Positions 47,397 to 58,178 of a DNA stretch of 64,000 nucleotides are shown here, piece after piece. The first letter of the stretch is position 1. The number at the start of each line of letters is the position of its first letter. The notes under the pieces are model-generated. The model was not told the DNA's origin and did not search any database. It saw only the letters and a program-made list of their open reading frames with translations. The stretch spans positions 55,712 through 119,711 of IMG/VR virus record IMGVR_UViG_3300044630_002434; one strand, written 5' to 3'. Origin of the DNA: a virus. A program made the position numbers and the translations under genes.

Positions 47397-48119
47397 TTAA
47401 TTGTATGTTTTTATCTCCCGCCAAAAAGTTTTATAGCGATTTCCAAATTTTTGTTGACCTCTATGAAATTCTCCACGAGACTTTTCAATTGGCTCAATTA
47501 AAAATTCTGAGTCCCAATCGTCCCTTTTAAATGGTATTGCTTGAACAAAAGGAGTTCCAGCAGGAATCAAACCCTTAAAATCTTTTCTAATTAAAAACGG
47601 GAAATTAACAGCAATCGGGTGTTTGTCTGTGTCAACGACTGCTGGCAAAGTATAAAAAGGCAAATTATAATGATGAAAAGGCATTGTAAAAAGAGTCGAG
47701 TAACCTTTTGGAGTTCTCATAATCCACGGGTTAATAAATTTAAAAGCAAACTCTGTATCCCACAAGTCTTTATCAATTGGCATTGAATCGAACTGTGATT
47801 TTTTATGCGATTCAATAGCAATAAAATCATCCATGCTCCACTGCCATGAAGTGTTTTCTTCGTTCTTTTCTACGTTAAGGTCACAAAAAGTTTTAAACAT
47901 ATAACCAGAAGACATTACGTCAAAAACAGGCATACATTTTTTAATAGTGTGGTTGTAAGTACCAGTGTCTTGTATGCGCTTTACGCCTTCTGTATAACTT
48001 TTTTGTTCGGCATACCAATTTGGTAAAGATTTTATTGATGGAACAGGACGAGACATCTTAATAAAATCTTCTTTAGATGTCGTAATAAATTCAACTTTTA
48101 GGGGTTTTTTATTTTTCAT
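47397..48119 (-). CDS. dUTPase-like fold protein (DUF6065-like)
   Basis: PNWY, TIKKCMP..D, NPW...TPKGYS.LF, VVDTD, IPAGTP..Q.IPF. Confidence 0.65.
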   Translation of the reverse strand: MKNKKPLKVEFITTSKEDFIKMSRPVPSIKSLPNWYAEQKSYTEGVKRIQDTGTYNHTIKKCMPVFDVMSSGYMFKTFCDLNVEKNEENTSWQWSMDDFIAIESHKKSQFDSMPIDKDLWDTEFAFKFINPWIMRTPKGYSTLFTMPFHHYNLPFYTLPAVVDTDKHPIAVNFPFLIRKDFKGLIPAGTPFVQAIPFKRDDWDSEFLIEPIEKSRGEFHRGQQKFGNRYKTFWREIKTYN

Positions 48120-48120
48120 A

Positions 48121-48390
48121 TTATTCTGAAGGGATTAACTCATCAACAGCCGCGCGAAGCCGAGCAAGAGCGACTACTTCAGCACTTGCAGTCTGTGATG
48201 CTTGATGTTTTGCACTTTCTAGTTGACTGCGAACACTCTCTGCTTCAAGAGATTCTGAATTTAAAAACTCTAAACTTGCTTCAAGAATATCTACTTGTTC
48301 GTAGTTATAAAGAGTCTGTTGACCATATTGAGAAGCAATATTGCAAAGTGTTGAAATTGATGAATAGTTTTTTGGTAGATATGTTGGCAT
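48121..48390 (-). CDS. hypothetical helical protein
   Basis: AGGAG upstream. Confidence 0.6.
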   Translation of the reverse strand: MPTYLPKNYSSISTLCNIASQYGQQTLYNYEQVDILEASLEFLNSESLEAESVRSQLESAKHQASQTASAEVVALARLRAAVDELIPSE

Positions 48391-48398
48391 TTATACTC

Positions 48399-49175
48399 CT
48401 AGGTTTTGATAATAAACTGTACCACAAGAAATGGAGGAATGTGAGTCCCTGAAGTAGAAGCCGCACTTGGATGTGAACCCGTATGCGAGTGAGACAGTAC
48501 GGAAGTGCTTGCAACTGAATGATTATGGCTAGTTACCCCATCCCCTTGGTTTCCAGTTGACATACCGCCCCAGTTATGAAAAGTGCCACCACCTCCATTA
48601 GTAGATGGAGCATTAATACCGTGCGTGTGACTTGCGTTTACACCTACTCCAGTTCCAGTAGTTGCTGCTGTATTTGCAGTTGCGCCAGCGGTATTGGCTG
48701 CATTAATACCGTGATTATGGTCGCCATCATTAGCATTTGAAGCAGTTGCATTTGAATTGCTGTGGGAGTGGTCGGGATTGCCAAAAGTTGTAGTGTGGTC
48801 GTGGACTAAAGATTCACTACTTGTAGTGGTAGAAATCGCAACATTTCCATGAACGTGAGTTGTGTTCCCGCCAGTAGCGTTTAATGCTTTTGTTTCAGAT
48901 ACACCAATTGGAAATAAATCAATAAAATTAGGCAAAAAGAAATTAGTTAAAGTATCAGTACCAAAAGCATTTGCTCCTAGTACAGAATACAAATCTGGGT
49001 AATCATTTTTAAGAACACTACCTCCGCTACAAGCCAACCAACCAGATGGAATTGTAGTAGACGAGTGAAAAATAATTAAACCAGTAGGAAATGAGTCAGA
49101 GACTCCTCCAGATAATTCAACTGGTGCGTTAGCCCCATCGGTAATGTATGAGGGATAAATGTCTGGAACTGTCAT
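48399..49175 (-). CDS. tail collar domain fibre with HxH repeats
   Basis: PTG.I...IPSGWLAC.G...YPDL...LPN collar motif; HxH array; FIIK end. Confidence 0.85.
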   Translation of the reverse strand: MTVPDIYPSYITDGANAPVELSGGVSDSFPTGLIIFHSSTTIPSGWLACSGGSVLKNDYPDLYSVLGANAFGTDTLTNFFLPNFIDLFPIGVSETKALNATGGNTTHVHGNVAISTTTSSESLVHDHTTTFGNPDHSHSNSNATASNANDGDHNHGINAANTAGATANTAATTGTGVGVNASHTHGINAPSTNGGGGTFHNWGGMSTGNQGDGVTSHNHSVASTSVLSHSHTGSHPSAASTSGTHIPPFLVVQFIIKT

Positions 49176-49921
49176 TACAAAGCCCTAATCATAAAATTAA
49201 CTAATACAACGTCTGGAATGTTTGTTAAATCATTAGAATAAATAATTCCAGCACCAAAAACCGTGTGCGTGTGACCGCCATCAGAGGAAGAACCTCCGTG
49301 GTCATGGTTTCCACCTACATAACTTGTAGAAACCCCATTGGCACCGTGATTATGGTCTCCACCGCCAGCAGTATTGCTCTGGGTAACTGGATGAGTGTGG
49401 TTTGCATTTGTTTCAAGTCCGTTAGTTCCACGCCTAGTACGCTGAGTTCCAAGTCCAGTGCTGACACCATTAACACCATGATTATGTGCCGCTGTTGAAG
49501 TTGTTCCAAATCCATTTGTATTGTGAGAGTGACTTAAACTAACTGCATTGTAACCATGAGTATGCGCTCCAGTGTTGTTTAATACGTAGCCAGCAGTGTC
49601 TACCCCATGAAAATGAGATTGAGACCCGCCAATAGCCCCAACAGTTGCAGATTTATGTGTTGGTAGAGTATTAACAAAATTTGGCAATCGCATAAAACCT
49701 GAGGGAACAGAACCATTGTCAAAGTTATTTGCTAAAACGGTTGCTAATTCTGGATAAATTGTAGTGCTAAATAATGAACCATCGCACCAAAGCCAACCAG
49801 CGGGGAGCGGTACATTGACTCCGCCAGTCATAATAATTTGTCCTGTATAAAACAAAGTTGCAGGTTTGCCAGAAAATGCTTTCCAGCCCGAACTTTCAAC
49901 AAAAGCAATTCTATCAGCCAT
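49175..49921 (-). CDS. tail collar domain fibre with HxH repeats
   Basis: PAGWLWCDG...YPELA...LPN; 8 HxH motifs. Confidence 0.85.
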   Translation of the reverse strand: MADRIAFVESSGWKAFSGKPATLFYTGQIIMTGGVNVPLPAGWLWCDGSLFSTTIYPELATVLANNFDNGSVPSGFMRLPNFVNTLPTHKSATVGAIGGSQSHFHGVDTAGYVLNNTGAHTHGYNAVSLSHSHNTNGFGTTSTAAHNHGVNGVSTGLGTQRTRRGTNGLETNANHTHPVTQSNTAGGGDHNHGANGVSTSYVGGNHDHGGSSSDGGHTHTVFGAGIIYSNDLTNIPDVVLVNFMIRAL

Positions 49922-50696
49922 CAGTTGCCTTAATAATAAAATAAATAGCCCGAAACGCGGGAATAACAGTTGAAGTTGGAACTGCTGTTAAAACTGGATT
50001 ATTAGTAATAGTATGAGTGTGAGTATTTAATGTGGAATCATTTGTGTTGTGTGCGTGAGAAACAACATTAGCATTGTTAGTGCTAACTGCATTTAAAGAA
50101 TGATTATGCCCCCCACCGCCGTTAGTTGATGGAGCATTTGCGTTATGAGAGTGGGATTGATTGGTAGTTCCAGAACTACCAATAAGACGTGTAACTGTTG
50201 TAGCACCAGTTGCATTTGGGTTATGAGCGTTCATTGGGTGGTTATGAGCGCCATCTCCGTTGGTTGTTGGAGTGTTTGTATTATGAGCATGGTCACTGTT
50301 TACAGAAGCAAGACTGTGATTGTGTGTAGTGTTTCCAGTTCCAATGGCTATTGTTGAAACAAAAGTATGCAACTGAGTAGAAACGCTGTTTGTTTGATAA
50401 GCAATTTGTTGAGTAACTTTATCTTTTATGTCGGAACCAATTACAAACCTATCTACCATGTTTGGTAAACGAGAGTTACCTGCTGTTTCAGTACCCAACT
50501 CATAAGCATTACCAACATTAGTAAAAAGTTGAGCATAAGTTGTCTTGTTGTATTGAGCGCCATCACAAATAAACCAACCCGTTGGCGGGGTTGCTTTAAC
50601 CCACATTGCAATTGTTCCAGCGGGTAGTGTTTCGGGGCTAGGTCCAGTAAAGTTTTCCCACTCAGAGCCAGACCAAACATATCCTGCTAGAGCCAT
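49914..50696 (-). CDS. tail collar domain fibre with HxH repeats
   Basis: PAGTI...PTGWFICDG...LF...LPN; HxH array. Confidence 0.85.
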   Translation of the reverse strand: MALAGYVWSGSEWENFTGPSPETLPAGTIAMWVKATPPTGWFICDGAQYNKTTYAQLFTNVGNAYELGTETAGNSRLPNMVDRFVIGSDIKDKVTQQIAYQTNSVSTQLHTFVSTIAIGTGNTTHNHSLASVNSDHAHNTNTPTTNGDGAHNHPMNAHNPNATGATTVTRLIGSSGTTNQSHSHNANAPSTNGGGGHNHSLNAVSTNNANVVSHAHNTNDSTLNTHTHTITNNPVLTAVPTSTVIPAFRAIYFIIKATDG

Positions 50697-51043
50697 TAGG
50701 TAATCCTGTTAACGTACCCGCTGATGTTAATAGCACTTGCAGTTCCACAAAAAGCACGAATTTCTAAAGCATTTTGCAATACAAGTCCAGCGACTACAAC
50801 TGTTAGTCCCGATTGACTTGGAATTGTGACTTTAATTTGGTCAGCGGTAGTAGCGCCACCGTATTCAACTGTTAACACGACTGCCGAAGCGGTTGGGTTA
50901 GTTGCGTACATCCAAACTTCGTCAAATCCAGCAGTTCCAGATTGAGCAGCGTGAATTAAAGTTCCTGCTGTGGCTGTAGCAACAACAGCAATGCCTTTGC
51001 CATTAGTTGAACCAGACAGGGCTATCTTAGAAAAAGTTGCCAT
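50696..51043 (-). CDS. putative tail-associated beta-sandwich protein
   Basis: AAAGGA upstream; position in tail module. Confidence 0.7.
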   Translation of the reverse strand: MATFSKIALSGSTNGKGIAVVATATAGTLIHAAQSGTAGFDEVWMYATNPTASAVVLTVEYGGATTADQIKVTIPSQSGLTVVVAGLVLQNALEIRAFCGTASAINISGYVNRIT

Positions 51044-51062
51044 TTTAATAATCCTTTAGTCG

Positions 51063-51998
51063 TTAGTAGTAGATTACCACAAAACCAGCAGTTCCATCGG
51101 AAGTATTAGCCACGCCACCGTAACCAGCATTTAATCCGTATGGGTAAGAAACATCAGATATACCTGCTGGAGTTCGAGCAGAACCAGTTATATTTGATGA
51201 TGCAATTGCTCCAGCGCGAATAAAGCCTGAGCCACCACCACCGCCAGCCATAGTATTGGATTCGGAATAGCCACCCCCAGAGCCACCAAAGTAGCCACCG
51301 CCTCCGCCGCCGCCGTAACTGTTAGTACGGGAGTAACCGCCTACAAGAGCGCCTTGCCCGCCTGTGGTATTAGGGCTATCACTAGAAGCATCAGCACCAG
51401 CCCCTAATTGAGTTCCAGCACGCCCGCGATAAGCAGTTTTAGAATCGTATGGTGAAGTACCGTCTTGAGCAGTTTCCCCGCCCCCAGCACCGCCAATATT
51501 GCCAGTTCCAGCGCGTGAACTGCCACCACCGCCGCCGCCGCCAGCAATTACAAGGGCATTAGCCTGATTAATAGTTGTGCTAGTAAAAACTCCACTATAG
51601 CCACCGCCACCGCCGCCGTAACTGTTATCTGTGCCGTTTCCAGAAGCAGAACTGCCACCGCCAAAACCTTTGCCAACTCCTTGATTTCGATAACCCTGTT
51701 GACCAGTTACAACTCCAAGAGTTCCTGAAACTCCATCAATAATTGCTGTTGAATAGCCACCACCACCACCGTCAGCGCCATAAAGCCAACCACCAACTTT
51801 TCCAGCGCCACCCCCAGCCCCCCAAGCCTTAACAAGAATTGTTCTAGCGTCTGCTGGAAGCACAAGACTTTGCACCGAATTTACATTAGGAAAAACGGCA
51901 ACTCTTGGGCTGTAAAGAAGTTGATTTATTTGATTCTCAAGATTTCCCTGAGAAATTCTAGAGTAGTTAACATTAGGAAAGAGGCGTTCTAGTCTCAC
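51063..51998 (-). CDS. glycine-rich tail protein
   Basis: AWGAGGG, AGGGGG, GYFGG, G.VVI. Confidence 0.8.
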   Translation of the reverse strand: MRLERLFPNVNYSRISQGNLENQINQLLYSPRVAVFPNVNSVQSLVLPADARTILVKAWGAGGGAGKVGGWLYGADGGGGGYSTAIIDGVSGTLGVVTGQQGYRNQGVGKGFGGGSSASGNGTDNSYGGGGGGYSGVFTSTTINQANALVIAGGGGGGGSSRAGTGNIGGAGGGETAQDGTSPYDSKTAYRGRAGTQLGAGADASSDSPNTTGGQGALVGGYSRTNSYGGGGGGGYFGGSGGGYSESNTMAGGGGGSGFIRAGAIASSNITGSARTPAGISDVSYPYGLNAGYGGVANTSDGTAGFVVIYY

Positions 51999-54613
51999 GA
52001 GAAAATCCTATTAGAAAGAATTATTTGGTCCGAGTCTGGAGCAATACTATTTTCTAGTGTCAATAGTAGTGTATCAACCTGCGCTTGTGTGTAGACATTT
52101 GTATAAGTACTAAGTGTTTGACTTGAATCAACCCATAAGTATCCAGTAAGGGGCGAAGTTGGAGCAGTAGGTTGGTAGTAAGCACCAGCGCCAGAGTCGC
52201 CAGTAGAGCCTTGGAGACCTTGGATTCCCGCACCTATTGTGCCTTGGATTCCTGTACTGCCTTGGATTCCCGCACCTATTGTGCCTTGGATTCCTGTACT
52301 GCCTTGGATTCCTGTCGCGCCCTGTACGCCTGCACCTGCTATGCCCTGTAGACCCAATGCTCCTTGTTCACCTGTTATACCTTGGACCCCTTGCTCGCCT
52401 GTCGTGCCTTGGGTTCCTGTAGAGCCTTGAATGCCTTGAGTTCCGTTAGAACCTACTACACCATTTTCACCATTTAGACCGTCGATACCTTGTATACCTA
52501 TAGAGCCTTGGACTCCAGATGAACCTTGGATTCCTTGAATTCCAAATAAGCCTTGAACACCTTCTGTACCAATTAATCCTTGGATGCCTTGAATGCCTTG
52601 TATGCCTGTAATGCCTTGCAAGCCATCTATGCCTTGAATGCCTGTAGCACCAGTTTCTCCAGTTGTGCCTTGGATACCTTGCTCGCCTTGGAGACCTATT
52701 GCGCCTTGGAGACCTTGTATGCCTTGAATACCTTGAATGCCTTGAAGACCAGTTTCTCCTACTAAGCCTTGAATTCCTGTCGTTCCTATTGCGCCTTGAA
52801 TTCCTATAAAGCCTTGTACGCCTTGTATACCTAGCAAGCCTTGCGTACCTTGGATTGAAAAACCTTGTATGCCTTGTAAACCTTGTAACCCTTGTACGCC
52901 TTGCAAACCTTGAATACCCTGCGCTCCAAGTTGTGTATACATAACTTGTACTGCGGTAAGAATAATTGAAGGTATTGCTGGATATACTGGAGATGTTCCA
53001 GCAGGTAGCGATTCGACTCTAAGTTCTGTGCTAGTTCCAGCCCAGTAAACCTGTACTTGTTGCCCTGCGGTAGCAGTGGCTACGTAGTTAATTGTAACTA
53101 CTTGACGATTAGGATTACTTGCATCCTTGCGTGGTGGTAAATCTATTTCTGTAGCAGAATCAGGGTAATCAACATTGTTGGTCTTTAACCAGAAAATTGC
53201 CTTCTCAACAGAGTTTGCAAGATTAGTAATTTGAATGGAAAATGTAAGACTGTAAGTTCCAGCGTACTCAAAGGTAACTTCATCACCATTTTGGATGCTT
53301 ATACCATTTGACTCTACAGTAGTCCCGATTGCAATAACTTGGGCTGTAGAAATAGAAGCAAGAGTTTGGTCGGTCATGTCATAGAACGAACCGTAATAAC
53401 CTAAAGTACCGCCAGCGCCTGTATCACCAGTAGTTCCCTGTACGCCCTGAATGCCTTGGATGCCTTGCGTGCCCTGCGCTTGCGCAAACCCAAATCCCTG
53501 CAATCCTTGTATGCCTTGTACACCTTGTATGCCCTGCAAACCTTGGGTGCCTTGTGTACCCTGAATACCAAGTAAACCTTGAACACCGAGTAGACCCTGA
53601 ATACCCTGCAAACTTTGGATGCCTTGTATACCCTGAACACCCAGCGCTCCTTGTAAACCGATTGGTCCAACTGGGGCTGTGCCGATTTCTACCCAGTAGG
53701 TGCCGTCATAGATGTATGACTTACCAGTTGTTGGGTCGTACCACGCAGAACCAATACCTCCCGTTGGGGTGGTAGTGGATTGTACGAAGAATGCACCTTG
53801 GAATCCTTGGATGCCTTGTCTACCTTGCAAGCCTTGAATGCCTAGCGAACCTTGGATGCCTTGGATGCCTTGGATGCCTTGGAGACCTTGGATGCCTTGG
53901 ATGCCCTGTAGTCCTTGAGTGCCTTGAACACCCTGTAAACCTTGTATACCTTGGATGCCTAGTAAACCCTGAGTACCTTGAGTTCCCTGAACTCCTTGCA
54001 CCCCTTGCAGACCCTGAATACCTTGAGTACCCTGTAAACCTTGGGTGCCTTGTAGTCCTTGGGTGCCTTGTAGACCTTGAAGTCCAATCGGTCCAACGGG
54101 GGCTGTGCCAATTTCTACCCAGTAAGTGCCGTCATAGATGTATGACTTGCCAGTCGTTGGGTCGTACCAGCCTGAGCCGATACCAACTGTTCCGCCTGTT
54201 GGAGGCGTGGTGCCTTGAATAAAAAATGAGCCTTGAATACCTTGTATACCTGTGATGCCTTGGGTACCTTGAAGACCCTGTAGACCTTGCGTCCCTTGAA
54301 GACCTTGAATACCTTGAAGTTGTTCGTATCCAAAACCTTGAAGACCCTGTAGACCTTGGAGACCTTGTAAGCCCTGTAAGCCTTGGATGCCTTGGTTTCC
54401 CGTGGAACCTTGTGAACCAGTTATACCTTGCATTCCAGTTGCACCTGTTGTGCCTTGGGAACCAGTTACACCAGTTGTGCCTTGCGCTCCTATAGCAGCA
54501 AACGACCCTGCAGTACCTTGAATACCAGTGCCACTACCAGAACTACGTCTAGTTTCTAGGTTACGAAGGCGACGGTCATGGTTATTAAGGATATTATTTA
54601 AATCTTCAGCCAT
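51995..54613 (-). CDS. collagen-like (Gly-X-Gln) fibre protein
   Basis: Long (GLQ/GIQ/GTQ)n tracts interrupted by small globular domains. Confidence 0.88.
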   Translation of the reverse strand: MAEDLNNILNNHDRRLRNLETRRSSGSGTGIQGTAGSFAAIGAQGTTGVTGSQGTTGATGMQGITGSQGSTGNQGIQGLQGLQGLQGLQGLQGFGYEQLQGIQGLQGTQGLQGLQGTQGITGIQGIQGSFFIQGTTPPTGGTVGIGSGWYDPTTGKSYIYDGTYWVEIGTAPVGPIGLQGLQGTQGLQGTQGLQGTQGIQGLQGVQGVQGTQGTQGLLGIQGIQGLQGVQGTQGLQGIQGIQGLQGIQGIQGIQGSLGIQGLQGRQGIQGFQGAFFVQSTTTPTGGIGSAWYDPTTGKSYIYDGTYWVEIGTAPVGPIGLQGALGVQGIQGIQSLQGIQGLLGVQGLLGIQGTQGTQGLQGIQGVQGIQGLQGFGFAQAQGTQGIQGIQGVQGTTGDTGAGGTLGYYGSFYDMTDQTLASISTAQVIAIGTTVESNGISIQNGDEVTFEYAGTYSLTFSIQITNLANSVEKAIFWLKTNNVDYPDSATEIDLPPRKDASNPNRQVVTINYVATATAGQQVQVYWAGTSTELRVESLPAGTSPVYPAIPSIILTAVQVMYTQLGAQGIQGLQGVQGLQGLQGIQGFSIQGTQGLLGIQGVQGFIGIQGAIGTTGIQGLVGETGLQGIQGIQGIQGLQGAIGLQGEQGIQGTTGETGATGIQGIDGLQGITGIQGIQGIQGLIGTEGVQGLFGIQGIQGSSGVQGSIGIQGIDGLNGENGVVGSNGTQGIQGSTGTQGTTGEQGVQGITGEQGALGLQGIAGAGVQGATGIQGSTGIQGTIGAGIQGSTGIQGTIGAGIQGLQGSTGDSGAGAYYQPTAPTSPLTGYLWVDSSQTLSTYTNVYTQAQVDTLLLTLENSIAPDSDQIILSNRIFS
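52218..52301. repeat. 42-nt exact tandem duplication
   Basis: CCTTGGATTCCCGCACCTATTGTGCCTTGGATTCCTGTACTG x2. Confidence 0.85.
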
Positions 54614-56478
54614 TAACTAGTCACCTCCCACTCAACAATAAGTTCTAATTCTACTGTTTCAGGGTATGCTGGGCTGTCTGGGACATTAACTTTATAAGAA
54701 CCAATTTTTCTTACAAGAAGACCACTTCTATTTTCATATGGAACTCTAAGTCTGTTGTTTATAAACTCGTCGTTAGGGATAATTACGCACCAGTCGCCTG
54801 GAATATATGTACCTACTTCTGGAGCAATTGAGCCGTTCACAACAATTTTATAGTCTCCTACAGGAGGAGCAAGACGATAGCCCATCTCTTTCGCGAAAGG
54901 AACTACAGACTCATCGCTTTCTGCAGGTAAGTCTCTATCCGTAATTGCTACATCCAGCAAAGGAAAAAGGTCGCCAAGATAAGGAATATTTGTATATGAA
55001 CCATAAAAAGGAGCAGCCTCTGACCCTAAATCATTTTTATTGTCTACAACCCAAGTACGAGAAGCACCTTTTTCAGCACTTTCATTTAGAGTCAAACTGG
55101 CAATATTACCTGGATGTTCAAATACTAACTGATTAGCGCCCAAACTAGATGGACCATAAAGAGTCTCTAAATCTTGCCCATCATCAATTGTTCCAAGAGG
55201 GTTGTTCGTGTCTTTTTGGACTAACCAAGCCTGAAAAACATTACTAAAAGTTTTAGTGTTTGGGTTGTAGTTTGGTTCTACGGTAAAATCAAAACGAACA
55301 GAAACAACGTCTGAGCCAACAAGAGTTTCTGGAACGTCTGGACTTATTGTTTTTGCGTAAGAAAAAGTGTAAATATCTACAGCACTAATCGTATAAGTAC
55401 CATTGAACACGCTATCAACATTAGCAACAGTGACGCTGTTTCCAATAACAAAACCATGAGGAGTACTAGTAGTTAGTGTTGCCACGTTTGCTGTGGTTTG
55501 TTTTTTAACTACTCGTTTAACATTGCCCCCAACGGTAGCCTTTGGATACTCTCCTCCAGCAGTTACTGCCTGTGAATATGCAGGAACACCATTTTTTGCA
55601 AAGTTTTCAATAATTTCGCCAACATACATCATTCTATGACCACGGAACTCAAATGGGTTATTATCACCTGAACCAATAATTTTGTAGTCGTCTAGTTCGA
55701 TGTCTACGTCTGACGTTAAATTAACTGCTGAAGCCGACTGAATTTTTTCATAGTTGGCATTAAGAATTGCGTGAGCCCCTGAGTCAGCACTAAATGGAGT
55801 AGTTGTAACTGTTCTAGAACCGCTACTAGCAAAAGTAAACTGTCTAGGGTTTAATACAGTAACTACTTTATTGCCGTCGTAGTCGTATAGGTTAGTGTTT
55901 TCTATTTTTACTAAATCTCCAGTAGTAAAATTATGCTTTTCTTCAGTGGTAAAAGTTACTGTGACCCCAGACTGCGCGTAGTAAGTAACTAAGTTATGCG
56001 TATCTGAAGCAGCATACGTAGTGTTGATTGTGTCCTGGTCATTGTTGATGTATGTGATAAAAGTATCAAGCATATCTTTAACAGAGGTTGTAATCTCTGG
56101 AAGAACAAATGTCTTCCAAAAAACGCGGTGATAGAGGTAACTTACAAACTCAAGGGCTGATACATTTACAACTTTAGTTTTAATATCGTAGTCGCGAGTC
56201 CAGATAATTCCGCCCCAAACAATCTGGTCATTTCGCATAATGTAAATTGCATTTTTTCCGGGCAGGGTGGAATTGTAGAGGTCAAAGTGGTCTTCACTAG
56301 AAGATAGTCGAATTGCATCGGTTGCAGCATTTCCAGGAATAGCAATAGACCCAGAAAAAGAACCAGCAGAGTTGATTTTTCTTTCCCAAGAAACGCCAGA
56401 AAACGGTACCTCCATCACGAAAGCACCGTCAGATACCCGCGCAATGAGGTATCTATACTTTGGAGCCTGAGTATCCAT
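54613..56478 (-). CDS. minor tail / baseplate hub protein
   Basis: W.R..N.AGSF.G, R....VWGGIIW pattern of actinophage minor tail proteins. Confidence 0.8.
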   Translation of the reverse strand: MDTQAPKYRYLIARVSDGAFVMEVPFSGVSWERKINSAGSFSGSIAIPGNAATDAIRLSSSEDHFDLYNSTLPGKNAIYIMRNDQIVWGGIIWTRDYDIKTKVVNVSALEFVSYLYHRVFWKTFVLPEITTSVKDMLDTFITYINNDQDTINTTYAASDTHNLVTYYAQSGVTVTFTTEEKHNFTTGDLVKIENTNLYDYDGNKVVTVLNPRQFTFASSGSRTVTTTPFSADSGAHAILNANYEKIQSASAVNLTSDVDIELDDYKIIGSGDNNPFEFRGHRMMYVGEIIENFAKNGVPAYSQAVTAGGEYPKATVGGNVKRVVKKQTTANVATLTTSTPHGFVIGNSVTVANVDSVFNGTYTISAVDIYTFSYAKTISPDVPETLVGSDVVSVRFDFTVEPNYNPNTKTFSNVFQAWLVQKDTNNPLGTIDDGQDLETLYGPSSLGANQLVFEHPGNIASLTLNESAEKGASRTWVVDNKNDLGSEAAPFYGSYTNIPYLGDLFPLLDVAITDRDLPAESDESVVPFAKEMGYRLAPPVGDYKIVVNGSIAPEVGTYIPGDWCVIIPNDEFINNRLRVPYENRSGLLVRKIGSYKVNVPDSPAYPETVELELIVEWEVTS

Positions 56479-56505
56479 TTTCGTCTCTTTGTTTAGTTAT
56501 TAAAA

Positions 56506-58164
56506 CTATGTATAAGTGTTTGTTGCAAGCGGGCTAAATGGAAGTACTAAAAATCTAACGTCATTAACAGTAAAATTGTCAGCAGTTGTAGCCCTAGTCT
56601 CCATCCAACCACCAAGTTCAAATACTTGACCATTTGCAGCGCCACCAAAATAAAAATATCTCATGCAGGTAATATTAAATCTACCGTTAGTTTCGCCAAT
56701 AGAAGTGTTCACTTCTATACCGCCTCCTAATCTAATACCTAAAAAAGCATTAGCATCAGCGGCAGAAACACTTGCCCATCCTACTGCAATTACCATGACC
56801 CATGTATTGGCGGGAATGTTGACTGCACCAGAAGAAGCAAGAATAGTAGGGGCTGCTGAATTTTCTGAAGTAATTCTTCCACCACCACCTACGTAAGAAT
56901 GAGCAGTATCGTTTACCGCTAATCTATTGCTAATGCCGTGAATGTGGTTTCCTCTAGACGCTTGGTTTGCCCCAGTCCCTAGAGTGTGGTGAAGAGCAGT
57001 TGGTGATGCATCAACGGAAACCGAATCGTGGTGCCCTGTACTTCCTTGGAAAAAAGTTCTCCAGCCAGCAGTACCAGTAGTGTCGTAGACCTCTAACTTA
57101 TTTGTGTGAGTGTCGTAACGAAGACGACCTTGTACTCCTAAAGGGTCAACACTTACACCAGGTATATTGCTGTTATATAGGTATACTCCACCAAGACCTG
57201 TAGTAAATTTACGAAGGTCTGCAACACTAGTAGCGGCAGACCCTGTAACTAAAACACTAGCAAGCGCTAGGTTTGTACCTGCAGGTAGAGTGGGGACCGT
57301 ACTTCCACCGACTCCTACTTCAACTTTAATAGCAAACGGAACACGAGCGCGAGCAACAAAACTTTGTGTTACAGGTGTACTGCCCTCGTTTGCTGCTACT
57401 TTGATGTATTTAATTTCATTTGTAGCGGTACCAACAACTGTTTCATAGACACCATCAAGTTCATTTGACACGCCAACAACTTCTATCCTTACTCCAGCCC
57501 CCAAACTGTGGCTACCGTCAGTTGTTAGGGTTACAAGATTTGTAGCAATTTCTTTGTTGGTTATTTTTCTCTGAAACAAAGCATTAGAAGCATTAACATA
57601 TTCAACATACGCACTAACAGTAGCACCAAGTCCTTGATTTGCTGGGGCTGTGTATGTTCCAGCGCGAGCATATTTAATTGTTGAGGCTGTAGTTCCTGCT
57701 ATAAGAACATAAGAACCATCAAAAAAATTATCAACACCAGAAATAAATACTGTTTGACCGACTTTAAAACCATGATTAGCAGATGTTGTAAGAGTGGCAT
57801 CCGTACCGTCTGAACTTTTTCCAATAACTGTGTAAAAATTTTCATCCACTGAAGCATAGATAAGGTCTGTTCTAGTGGTTCCAGAAGATGTCAAAGTCAT
57901 CTGCTCAACAGAAGAGTCAATAGCGCATAAATGTAGCCCTGGCGAGTCAGCACCTGAGCCAGTGTCAGGAATAACGCAGAATCCAGTGTCAACCGAAATA
58001 GTTAGCCCAGAAGAGATAGAAACCTGCATACTATCTACTGGTGGAATAACGCCACCAGTACGAACGCCACCAGACTCAGGGTCAATGAGCGCAGTAAGAA
58101 GTTTGCGGTCAGTAGATGCAGTGTATCTACCGCCAGCAAAGTAAAGGGGTTGCAAAACAGCCAT
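56506..58164 (-). CDS. minor tail protein
   Basis: YTA..DR, V..G, RTDLI, P.LP...LALA.V...DLR. Confidence 0.75.
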   Translation of the reverse strand: MAVLQPLYFAGGRYTASTDRKLLTALIDPESGGVRTGGVIPPVDSMQVSISSGLTISVDTGFCVIPDTGSGADSPGLHLCAIDSSVEQMTLTSSGTTRTDLIYASVDENFYTVIGKSSDGTDATLTTSANHGFKVGQTVFISGVDNFFDGSYVLIAGTTASTIKYARAGTYTAPANQGLGATVSAYVEYVNASNALFQRKITNKEIATNLVTLTTDGSHSLGAGVRIEVVGVSNELDGVYETVVGTATNEIKYIKVAANEGSTPVTQSFVARARVPFAIKVEVGVGGSTVPTLPAGTNLALASVLVTGSAATSVADLRKFTTGLGGVYLYNSNIPGVSVDPLGVQGRLRYDTHTNKLEVYDTTGTAGWRTFFQGSTGHHDSVSVDASPTALHHTLGTGANQASRGNHIHGISNRLAVNDTAHSYVGGGGRITSENSAAPTILASSGAVNIPANTWVMVIAVGWASVSAADANAFLGIRLGGGIEVNTSIGETNGRFNITCMRYFYFGGAANGQVFELGGWMETRATTADNFTVNDVRFLVLPFSPLATNTYT

Positions 58165-58178
58165 GTAATTATCCTACC

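Noticed and set aside
52237-54333. Alternative-frame and antisense ORFs over the collagen gene (also over Gly-rich, FG-GAP, nrdJ and terL genes)
   Set aside because: Shadows of repetitive codon usage in real genes
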